This document shows, piece by piece, positions 47,960 to 55,717 of a stretch of 63,561 nucleotides of DNA. The position numbers and the translations under genes are program-made. The stretch's first letter is position 1, and the number at the start of each line of letters is the position of its first letter. Origin of the DNA: Candidatus Nomurabacteria bacterium (lineage in GTDB: Bacteria; Patescibacteriota; Minisyncoccia; Phycocordibacterales; UBA9973); contig JAHFNO010000004.1 of assembly GCA_023267275.1 (NCBI GenBank), positions 1 through 63,561 of the forward strand, written 5' to 3'. Under the pieces are notes generated by a model, which was given only the letters and a program-made list of their open reading frames with translations, did not search any database and was not told the origin of the DNA.

Positions 47960-49726
47960 ATGCTAGGATTTGCATATATGACACCCGAACAACTACACAA
48001 TATTCGCCATACGCTTGCCCACCTTTTGGCACAAGCCGTAAAAGCTCAATTTCCTAGTGCAAAACTCACTCTTGGACCCGCAATCGATAATGGTTTTTAC
48101 TACGATATCGATTTTGGAGGTGAAAAAATCGGCGATGAAAATTTGAAAGATTTGCAGACATTCATGCGCAAAAATCTCTCAAAATGGACTGCATTTACCA
48201 GCCGAGAGGTTTCAGTAGATGAGGCAAAAGAAGTCTTTGCCGGCAATGAATACAAACTCGAACTTATCGCAGAAATCGCAGCGCGCGGAGAAAAAATTAC
48301 TCTCTACTCATGTGGTGGTTTTGAAGATCTTTGTCGTGGCGGACACGCAGAAAGTCCTGCAACAGAAATTTCGGCTGATGCATTCAAACTCGATCGCGTA
48401 GCTGGCGCATACTGGCGTGGTGATGAGAAAAATAAAATGCTTACTCGTATTTACGGACTCGCCTTTGCCACAAAAGAAGATCTCGATGCGTATCTCACAC
48501 AGCAAGAAGAAGCCAAGAAACGTGATCACCGCAAACTCGGTAAAGAACTCGAACTCTTCACTGTTATCGATGAAATCGGTGCGGGCTTGCCACTCTTTTA
48601 CCCAAACGGCACAATCATTCGCCGAACAATCGAAAACTTCATCCAAAAAATTCAAGAAAAGCGCGACTTCGTGCCTATCTGGATTCCTCACATTACAAAA
48701 GGAAAACTCTATGAGATTTCTGGTCACCTCGATAAATACGATGCAATGTATTCGCCAATGCGCGTAGACGAGGATGATTACTATTTGAAACCAATGAACT
48801 GTCCGCATTTTATGATGCTCTACCGTTCACTTCCCCATTCATACCGTGATCTTCCTGTCCGCTATACGTGCACAACAACCAACTATCGCTACGAAAAATC
48901 TGGTGAACTTTCTGGACTCACTCGCGTGCGTGCGCTTACTCAAGACGACTGTCATGTATTCTGTGAAGCAGAAAAAATCCATGATGAGATTCAAGTGATG
49001 CTTGAAATGATTGGCGAGCTTTACAATACATTTGGTCTTACCGATTTTTATGTTCGTATTTCACTTCGTGATTCACAGAATAAATCAAAATATCTCGGTA
49101 CTGATGCGGTTTGGGAAACAGCCGAAAATGCATTGCGTGACATCGTGAAAAAAACTGGTTGGAATTACAAAGAAGCTGAAGACGAGGCAGCATTTTACGG
49201 ACCAAAGCTCGACTTCATGTTCAAGGATGCAATCGGTCGCGAGTGGCAACTCTCTACGATTCAGCTCGATTTCAATCTTCCAGAGCGTTTTGAACTCGAC
49301 TACACAAACAATCAGGGTACCAAGAGTCGTCCTGTGGTGATTCACCGTGCAATGCTTGGATCGGTAGAACGATTTATGGGAATCATGATCGAACACTTCG
49401 CTGGAGCGTTTCCCGTATGGCTCTCACCTACACAAGTGACAGTGGTACCAGTCATGGAAAACCAAGCTGAATATGCAGAATCTATTTTCAAAGTACTCAA
49501 AGAAAAAGGTATCCGCGTAAAACTCGACGCAAGCAACGACTCTCTCGGCAAACGCATCCGCGCAGCCAAAACAATGAAAGTGCCGTACGTAATCGTCGTG
49601 GGAGACAAAGAAAAAGATTCGCAAACACTCACCATCGAAACTCGTGGCGAAAAGATTGAAGGAATTACACTTGCAGACTTTACAAATCGCTTGCAAAAGG
49701 AGATAGTAGAAAAAACACTAAACTAA
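47960..49726 (+). CDS. thrS: threonine-tRNA ligase (no N-terminal TGS domain)
   Basis: IRHTLAHLLAQAV editing-domain motif, class II core HRAMLGSVERF, and an anticodon-binding C-terminus. ATG 47978 is an alternative start. Confidence 0.95.
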   Translation: MLGFAYMTPEQLHNIRHTLAHLLAQAVKAQFPSAKLTLGPAIDNGFYYDIDFGGEKIGDENLKDLQTFMRKNLSKWTAFTSREVSVDEAKEVFAGNEYKLELIAEIAARGEKITLYSCGGFEDLCRGGHAESPATEISADAFKLDRVAGAYWRGDEKNKMLTRIYGLAFATKEDLDAYLTQQEEAKKRDHRKLGKELELFTVIDEIGAGLPLFYPNGTIIRRTIENFIQKIQEKRDFVPIWIPHITKGKLYEISGHLDKYDAMYSPMRVDEDDYYLKPMNCPHFMMLYRSLPHSYRDLPVRYTCTTTNYRYEKSGELSGLTRVRALTQDDCHVFCEAEKIHDEIQVMLEMIGELYNTFGLTDFYVRISLRDSQNKSKYLGTDAVWETAENALRDIVKKTGWNYKEAEDEAAFYGPKLDFMFKDAIGREWQLSTIQLDFNLPERFELDYTNNQGTKSRPVVIHRAMLGSVERFMGIMIEHFAGAFPVWLSPTQVTVVPVMENQAEYAESIFKVLKEKGIRVKLDASNDSLGKRIRAAKTMKVPYVIVVGDKEKDSQTLTIETRGEKIEGITLADFTNRLQKEIVEKTLN

Positions 49727-49732
49727 GCTCTT

Positions 49733-50266
49733 ATGAAAATAGTAATAGCCTCAAAAAGCCCTGTAAAAGAAGCTGCTGTCCACAATGGAGTGAAAGCTCT
49801 TTTTCCAAAACAGGAATGTATTTTTGAATGCGTAAATGCAAACTCAGGTGTCAGCGCTCAACCACAAAATTATGATGAAATGATTGCTGGTGCGATTGGC
49901 AGAATTGGTCATTCAAAAGAACTCATTCCAGATGCAGATATCTGGATTGCACTCGAAGGAGGAATTGAAAAAATTGATGGAAATTTTTATTGTTCTGGCT
50001 GGGTCATTGCCGAAAACAAGACTGGCGACCGTTGTGGACGTGGAAGAACTTTTTCATTTGTCATTCCACAGAAAGTCGTCGATCTAATGATTGAGGAAGG
50101 TCTTGAACAAAGTCATGCGACAGATAAAGCCTTTCAAATCACAGGTACAAAAACCGGAAATGGATTGATTGGACCACTCACCAACAATGCACTCACGTAT
50201 ACCGATTGGTACACACCCGCTGTAATTAGCGCCCTCCTGCCATTTTTAAACAAGGAATTGTATTAA
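49733..50266 (+). CDS. inosine/xanthosine triphosphatase (YjjX/DUF84 family)
   Basis: SGVSAQPQNYDEMIAGAIGR, DADIWIALEGGI and AVISALLPFLNKELY parallel E. coli YjjX. Confidence 0.8.
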   Translation: MKIVIASKSPVKEAAVHNGVKALFPKQECIFECVNANSGVSAQPQNYDEMIAGAIGRIGHSKELIPDADIWIALEGGIEKIDGNFYCSGWVIAENKTGDRCGRGRTFSFVIPQKVVDLMIEEGLEQSHATDKAFQITGTKTGNGLIGPLTNNALTYTDWYTPAVISALLPFLNKELY

Positions 50267-50302
50267 TAACCGCCGTTGCATTGGCGATTATTTTTTGCGC
50301 GT

Positions 50303-50330
50303 TTGACTTTTGTTTCAAATATTGTAATAT
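50303..50330 (+). promoter_or_regulatory. candidate sigma-70 promoter (TTGACT-N16-TAATAT)
   Basis: Lies 37 nt upstream of the ATG at 50367. Confidence 0.35.
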
Positions 50331-50366
50331 TCATCTATATTTTTTGCTCCTTAAAAATTATAGAAA

Positions 50367-51002
50367 ATGATAAAAAAGCTATTGTTTCCGAAGATAGTGA
50401 CCGTAAATGGCCAAAGCGGATCAGGAAAAAATACACTGATAAAAATGCTTATGGAAATATTGGAAGAATATGAATTATCGTATGCAATAATTTCTACCGG
50501 AGATTGCATCAGAGATTATATCGAATCCAATATGGCATATTCCGAAGACATACGCCTCATCAATGACTTGGGTAAACTCACTCCTGATTTCATCGCCGAA
50601 GCTTTTGTTCTTAGAAGAATTCTTAATTTGGCTAAAAAAGTGGATGTTATTATTCTGAACGGAGGCCCTCGCAGGGTAAAAGACGCCGACCGACTCTTTA
50701 TTTGGAAAAAATCTGGATTTTTTGGCGGAGCAATAAAAACCATAGAAGTAATTTCTCCATACGATCTGTGTTTTAATCGTTTGATCGAGCGCACAAAAGA
50801 AGACTGCCGCCTTGATCTCAGCATTGATGGACAACCAGGTGTGCCAGACCCGAAAAAAATCAAAAGAAAAATGGCCTGGTGGACCAGAGCGGAAAGCAAA
50901 ATCAGACAAAAACTAATACAACATGATTTGTATCTCACTCCCGTATACAATAATGGAAAACTGGAACAATTAAAGGACAATTTATATAAATTATTTGCAT
51001 AA
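50367..51002 (+). CDS. P-loop nucleoside-monophosphate-kinase-like protein
   Basis: Walker A VNGQSGSGKNTL. Adenylate-kinase-like blocks ISTGDCIRD and ILNGGPRRVKDADRL. Confidence 0.6.
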   Translation: MIKKLLFPKIVTVNGQSGSGKNTLIKMLMEILEEYELSYAIISTGDCIRDYIESNMAYSEDIRLINDLGKLTPDFIAEAFVLRRILNLAKKVDVIILNGGPRRVKDADRLFIWKKSGFFGGAIKTIEVISPYDLCFNRLIERTKEDCRLDLSIDGQPGVPDPKKIKRKMAWWTRAESKIRQKLIQHDLYLTPVYNNGKLEQLKDNLYKLFA

Positions 51003-51016
51003 TAATACCTAACAAA

Positions 51017-51046
51017 ACTGCAACCCGAAAGGATTGCAGTTTTTTC
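51017..51046 (+). terminator. rho-independent terminator
   Basis: ACTGCAACC-CGAAA-GGATTGCAGT followed by TTTTTT. Confidence 0.8.
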
Positions 51047-51071
51047 ATTCCCTCTTTTCTTGTTTCATCTT

Positions 51072-51103
51072 ACTTTTTAAGTTTCGACCGAAACTTAAAA
51101 AGT
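51072..51103. repeat. palindrome ACTTTTTAAGTTTCG-AC-CGAAACTTAAAAAGT (copy A)
   Basis: 15-bp perfect arms, 21 nt upstream of the PaaX-like gene. Confidence 0.85.
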
Positions 51104-51124
51104 TTATGTTATACTTTCTACAGT

Positions 51125-51685
51125 ATGTCTGCTTCTTATAAAGGCTACCGTGTTGGCTCTATAGAAAAAGGATTATTACAATTGCTTCTTGGGGTCAAAA
51201 ATAAAGAGCTCCCCTATCAGGGAAAATTTGAATCCTCATACCGAGATATTTTTACATCCGCACGACAAAAAGCAGGATTTTCTTTAACATTTCGAAAACT
51301 AAAAGAGAAAGATTTAATTCAATTCCAAAATAGAGATGGATGCCTTACTGCCTCACTAACCAAAAAAGGAGAAAAATTTGTTGAGGAAAATATATTTGAA
51401 AAAGCAGAACAACAATCACCGAAAAAATGGGATGGAAAATGGCGAGTAGTTATTTTTGATATTCCTGAAAAAAGACGGGTTGCCCGCACTATGCTTCGAT
51501 CCCGACTGAAAAAATACGGATTCCGGCAGGTACAAGCAAGTGTATGGGCATATCCATTTCCTTGTGAAAGTATCGTCACACTTATTAAAACGTATTTCAA
51601 GCTTGGAGATGAAGTACTCTATCTCATTGTTGAATCACTTGAGGGAGACAGCCAGCTCCGATCAAAATTCAAACTGCCAGATTAA
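51125..51685 (+). CDS. PaaX-like regulator (winged-helix N-terminus plus Cas2/PaaX_C-like domain)
   Basis: WDGKWRVVIFDIPEKRRVARTMLRSRLKKYGFRQVQASVWAYPFP is the W..W..v.fDIPe..R..r..L...GF..lq.SvW pattern. Confidence 0.6.
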   Translation: MSASYKGYRVGSIEKGLLQLLLGVKNKELPYQGKFESSYRDIFTSARQKAGFSLTFRKLKEKDLIQFQNRDGCLTASLTKKGEKFVEENIFEKAEQQSPKKWDGKWRVVIFDIPEKRRVARTMLRSRLKKYGFRQVQASVWAYPFPCESIVTLIKTYFKLGDEVLYLIVESLEGDSQLRSKFKLPD

Positions 51686-51708
51686 AAATTTTTAATTCAG
51701 AATATTTT

Positions 51709-51754
51709 CCTTATTACTTTTTAAGTTTCGGCCGAAACTTAAAAAGTAATAAGG
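51709..51754. repeat. extended palindrome CCTTATTACTTTTTAAGTTTCG-GC-CGAAACTTAAAAAGTAATAAGG (copy B)
   Basis: 22-bp perfect arms, 23 nt after the PaaX-like stop. Same core as copy A. Confidence 0.85.
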
Positions 51755-51770
51755 AAAAATCTAGAAATGC

Positions 51771-52009
51771 TTAGCTGATGTTCTTCTTTATATTAATGAG
51801 AGAGAATATAGCGATACAAGCCCAAATTATTTGTAAGGCAAGGGATAAGCCAAGCATGTTGATAGAGAACATTTGCCCCTACTCCTATTGCTCCAAATAA
51901 ATTGATACACTTTACTTGTGCTGCTTACGCGTTTTGTTGAAACGAGGAAATAAGCAATAACAATAAGAAATGTGCCAATCCAACCAATACTATTAGTGAG
52001 TAATTCCAT
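51771..52009 (-). pseudogene. small 3-TM membrane protein gene disrupted by two frameshifts
   Basis: Three frames read MELLTNSIGWIGTFLIVIAYFLVSTKRVSSTSKVYQ, then NLFGAIGVGANVLYQHAW, then LQIIWACIAIFSLINIKKNIS*. It resembles an ~80-aa family I recall as 'CBU_0592 family membrane protein' (unverified). Confidence 0.5.
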
Positions 52010-52071
52010 GCTTTATATTGTACATTAACTATAGTAGAACTTCCACAGACGCACACTATTCTAGACGCGAA

Positions 52072-52135
52072 TTTTTTCATTCCACCTTTTCTTGCATCAT
52101 CTTACTTTTTAAATTTTGACAAAAGTTAAATGGTA
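52072..52135. repeat. third, degenerate copy (C) of the ~65-nt module that contains palindrome A
   Basis: TTTTTTCATTCCACCTTTTCTTGCATCATCTTACTTTTTAAATTTTGACAAAAGTTAAATGGT aligns with 51041-51103 at about 85% by eye. Confidence 0.7.
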
Positions 52136-52154
52136 AAATAAATAATTTTTCAGG

Positions 52155-52622
52155 TTATGAATGCAAAAATTCAACTTCAAGACCGAGACGTTGTGCTTGT
52201 TCGTATTCCCATCGTGCACCTGTTGACGATTGCCAGTCGGGCAGAAAATATAATTTTTTAATAAAACCTGACTCAAACAATGGAAGATAAAAATCAGTAA
52301 GAAGAGTGGTCGCATATACATTTGGTGGAAATGCATTTTTTACTCGTTGCATTGGTTCTTCAAACGGCATCTGATCAAAAATATGTTTTCCTTCTGACTG
52401 GAGCAGAACAATTGTTTCATTAAAGGCAATAAGATTTTCAAGTATTGAACCTCTTCCACCAGTACTAATAGGTCCACACACCTGACCTACTGGTTGTGGC
52501 ATTCGTTTAAGTACACGAAAGCCAACAGCAAACATCTGCTCAACTGTTTCCGCTTGTTCAAGATTAAGCAAATCTTTTTCTTCCCAATATTGTCGTGTGT
52601 GATTATTCAATTCCATATGCAT
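52155..52622 (-). CDS. DUF4406 / nucleoside 2-deoxyribosyltransferase-like protein (tentative)
   Basis: VCGPISTGG and DWQSSTGARWEYEQAQRLGLEV resemble the GPI.G ... W..S.GA..E...A signature. Confidence 0.45.
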   Translation of the reverse strand: MHMELNNHTRQYWEEKDLLNLEQAETVEQMFAVGFRVLKRMPQPVGQVCGPISTGGRGSILENLIAFNETIVLLQSEGKHIFDQMPFEEPMQRVKNAFPPNVYATTLLTDFYLPLFESGFIKKLYFLPDWQSSTGARWEYEQAQRLGLEVEFLHS

Positions 52623-53046
52623 GTTTTATTGTAAAATCTTCATGGAGAACAAGTGGTAATTGTAACGATTCGGTCGGTGTCACCCAAATAAGATCAGTGT
52701 GTTCTGCCTCCCGGAGGACAACTTCCGGCTTTTCATCAAGTACGTATCGATATTTTGTATACACAAAATATTTTTCATTTGGGTGAATCACATAAAAAAC
52801 TCCAACTTGCTGGAGTTTTTTATCATCAAGAATAATCCTTGTTTCTTCAAACACTTCTCGCACTATTGCTTGCACAATATTCCCTGCCTCGTGTGGGTCC
52901 ACTTTTCCGCCAGGGGCTCCCCACACACCACTCTCTGGTTTATTTGTCGTTCGTTTTAGAAAAAGAATTTTTCCTTCATGCTCAAGAAAACAACCGACTA
53001 CCTGGAGCACATTTTCAAAGTCATCAGTTTTTTCGAGTGTAATCAT
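52603..53046 (-). CDS. NUDIX hydrolase
   Basis: Nudix box GGKVDPHEAGNIVQAIVREVFEETRI. Confidence 0.85.
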   Translation of the reverse strand: MITLEKTDDFENVLQVVGCFLEHEGKILFLKRTTNKPESGVWGAPGGKVDPHEAGNIVQAIVREVFEETRIILDDKKLQQVGVFYVIHPNEKYFVYTKYRYVLDEKPEVVLREAEHTDLIWVTPTESLQLPLVLHEDFTIKHAYGIE

Positions 53047-53054
53047 TTCAGATT

Positions 53055-53477
53055 TTATATCTTTCCCATTCTTTTATTATATTCATAGTCCAATCTTTTA
53101 CTTTCAACAAAATCAAGTGCTTTACCGATACGAGCCTTAGAATCTTCATCACCGAATTGCCATGCCTCACCACGCTTGGCATTAATAGTCTGTATATATT
53201 CCATATATTTTCTCTTGTCATGAATATTGGCCAAAACTTCCTGTTCAGTAAAACCAAATCCCGCTTTTAAAAAAATATCATTCGGTACTGATGCTTGCTC
53301 AAAAAAATTTTCCTTGATTGAACTTATATCTGTACCTTCTTTATACAAAGTTCCCTGGTTACTTGCAGTTTTTTCTCGGTCATCATTTGCAGTTGGAAGT
53401 CGTAAATCACGCAAACTCTGGAGTTGTTTATTATTCTGCTCTTCGTTATTTTGTGGTAGAAAATCCAATCGTTCCAT
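53055..53477 (-). CDS. hypothetical protein
   Basis: I prefer the start MERLDFLPQ at 53477. The longer ORF would overlap the gyrB 3' end. Confidence 0.5.
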   Translation of the reverse strand: MERLDFLPQNNEEQNNKQLQSLRDLRLPTANDDREKTASNQGTLYKEGTDISSIKENFFEQASVPNDIFLKAGFGFTEQEVLANIHDKRKYMEYIQTINAKRGEAWQFGDEDSKARIGKALDFVESKRLDYEYNKRMGKI

Positions 53478-53490
53478 GTATAATTTCCGA

Positions 53491-55551
53491 TTAGATATCA
53501 ATATCGGCGGTGTGTGCGTAGGTTTGGATAAATGACTTACGTGGAGCAACATCGCTTCCCATGAGCATATCAAACACACGATCAGCTTCGGCTGCATCAT
53601 CAATAGCTACTTGCTTGAGAATACGACGAGCTGGGTCCATAGTTGTTTCCCAAAGTTCCTCAGCGTTCATTTCTCCAAGACCTTTGTATCGCTGAATGTG
53701 CATCTTTGGAGCTTTTTTTACAGCACCTTTTTCTTCTACTTCTTCCTCATCTCCTTCTTGCTCCCCTGCGCCATCAGCTTCTGCACGAGCAATCATTTCG
53801 TCGAGGTCTTCGTTTTGCACGCCAGTGATTTTCAATTTGTCTTCGTCTGAATAACAATAAAATACTTCTTTACCTTTTTTGATTTTGTAGAGTGGTGGCT
53901 GGGCGATATAAATAAATCCTCCATCGATCAGCGGTCGGAAGTAACGATAGAAAAGTGTGAGGATAAGCGTACGAATGTGCGCTCCGTCCACGTCCGCATC
54001 TGTTGCGATAATGATTTTGTGATAACGCAATTTTGAAATATCAAATGTGTCGCCGATCGCTGTTCCCATTGCAACCACGAGATTGCGAATCTGTTCAGAA
54101 GCAAGCATCTTGTCGAGACGCGCACGTTCGATGTTGAGGATTTTTCCACGAAGCGGAAGAATCGCCTGCGTGCGACGATCGCGTCCAGTCTTTGCCGTAC
54201 CTCCCGCGGAATCTCCCTCCACAATGAACACTTCGGCTTCTTCGGCACTGCGAGTCTGACAGTCGGCGAGTTTTCCTGGAAGCGTCATGCCTTCCATTGC
54301 TCCCTTGCGAAGTACTGAATCTTTCGCAGCCTTTGCAGCTTTACGTGCGCGAACAGCAAGGATTACTTTGTTGACGATAGCCTTTGCATCTTCTGGGTGT
54401 TCTTCGAGGAATGCTGCGAATGACTCTCCAAAGACCGTAGCAACGGCTCCTTGGGCTTCAGGCGAGCCAAGTTTTCCTTTGGTCTGACCTTCGAATTGAA
54501 TTTCACGAAGCATTACAGACACAACCACAGTGAGACCTTCAAGTACGTCGTCACCAGTAAATGCGCCGTCAGATTCTTTGATGTATCCTTCTTTTTTCGC
54601 ATAACTGTTGAGTGTACGAGTGAGTGCCATCTTAAATCCAGTGATGTGTGTTCCACCTTCTGGGTTGTAAATATTGTTTGCATACGCAACAATTTTTGAA
54701 GACATGTCGTCGGTATATTGCAATGCGAGTTCAACAGTGACGTTATCTTGTTCTTTTTGAATGTAGTAGATGTTGTCGTGAATCGGTTTTTGAGAAAGGT
54801 TGTAATATTTTACGAGAGAAACAAGACCTCCTTCGAAGAAAAATGAGTACGATGGCAAATCGATTTCCAAATCGGAGAACCAAAATGTATCTTCGAGTTT
54901 CAATTTGCCTTCGTAGCCACGCGCGTCGATACAGCGAATACGCAACCCTTTTACAAGGTATGCTTGTCCACGGAAATGGTTGACGATTGTCTCCCATACA
55001 AACTGCAAATCTTTAAAAATCTCTACATCTGGTTCAAATATAGTAATAGTTCCATGCAATTTTGAAGTACCAATTTTTTTGACAGCAGCTTTTTTCTTTC
55101 CTTGAGAATATTCCTGCATGTGAATACCACCATCGCGATGAACCACGACGTTTGTATAGATAGAAAGTGCATTTACTACTGAAGCTCCCACGCCGTGCAA
55201 TCCTCCAGAAAATTTATATCCTTCTCCGCCAAATTTTCCTCCGGCATGGAGTGTGGTCATAACCGTTTCCAATGCAGACACTTTTGTTTTTGAGTGAACG
55301 TCTACTGGAATACCGCGACCATTGTCGGCGATGCGAATACGATTGCCAGGCAAAAGCACAGCCTCGATTTCATTACAAAAACCACCCATGGCTTCATCGC
55401 GTGAGTTGTCGAAAATTTCCCACACCAAGTGGTGCAAGCCTTCGATGCCTGTTCCTCCGATATACATTCCCGGTCGCTTTCGAACTGGTTCGAGCCCTTC
55501 AAGAACTGAAATATCATCTGCTCCGTATGATCCTGCTTTTTTGTCCGCCAT
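53491..55551 (-). CDS. gyrB: DNA gyrase subunit B
   Basis: GLHHLVWEIFDNSRDE, GLHGVGASVVNALS and TOPRIM VEGDSAGGTAK motifs. 686 aa. Confidence 0.97.
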   Translation of the reverse strand: MADKKAGSYGADDISVLEGLEPVRKRPGMYIGGTGIEGLHHLVWEIFDNSRDEAMGGFCNEIEAVLLPGNRIRIADNGRGIPVDVHSKTKVSALETVMTTLHAGGKFGGEGYKFSGGLHGVGASVVNALSIYTNVVVHRDGGIHMQEYSQGKKKAAVKKIGTSKLHGTITIFEPDVEIFKDLQFVWETIVNHFRGQAYLVKGLRIRCIDARGYEGKLKLEDTFWFSDLEIDLPSYSFFFEGGLVSLVKYYNLSQKPIHDNIYYIQKEQDNVTVELALQYTDDMSSKIVAYANNIYNPEGGTHITGFKMALTRTLNSYAKKEGYIKESDGAFTGDDVLEGLTVVVSVMLREIQFEGQTKGKLGSPEAQGAVATVFGESFAAFLEEHPEDAKAIVNKVILAVRARKAAKAAKDSVLRKGAMEGMTLPGKLADCQTRSAEEAEVFIVEGDSAGGTAKTGRDRRTQAILPLRGKILNIERARLDKMLASEQIRNLVVAMGTAIGDTFDISKLRYHKIIIATDADVDGAHIRTLILTLFYRYFRPLIDGGFIYIAQPPLYKIKKGKEVFYCYSDEDKLKITGVQNEDLDEMIARAEADGAGEQEGDEEEVEEKGAVKKAPKMHIQRYKGLGEMNAEELWETTMDPARRILKQVAIDDAAEADRVFDMLMGSDVAPRKSFIQTYAHTADIDI

Positions 55552-55671
55552 GTGGTGTAATAATGATTAAATAATCCTTATTTCGTAAGGTCTAAATGTT
55601 GTTTTTATGCGTAGAGTATAGCATATTTTTTTGCAAAATACGAGAGGTTTTCAGGGTCTATTTATACACAG

Positions 55672-55708
55672 AAAAACGAGCGAGGGGCTACGCCCATCGC
55701 TCGTTTTT
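55672..55708 (-). terminator. rho-independent terminator
   Basis: AAAAACGAGCGA-GGGGCTACGCCCA-TCGCTCGTTTTT. Confidence 0.8.
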
Positions 55709-55717
55709 CATCCGTTA

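Noticed and set aside
52145-52260. A 34-codon plus-strand ORF downstream of the TTGACA-N17-TAAATA site in module copy C.
   Set aside because: It is antisense to the 3' end of the DUF4406-like gene and is too short and featureless to call. The promoter-like site may be fortuitous decay of the palindrome.
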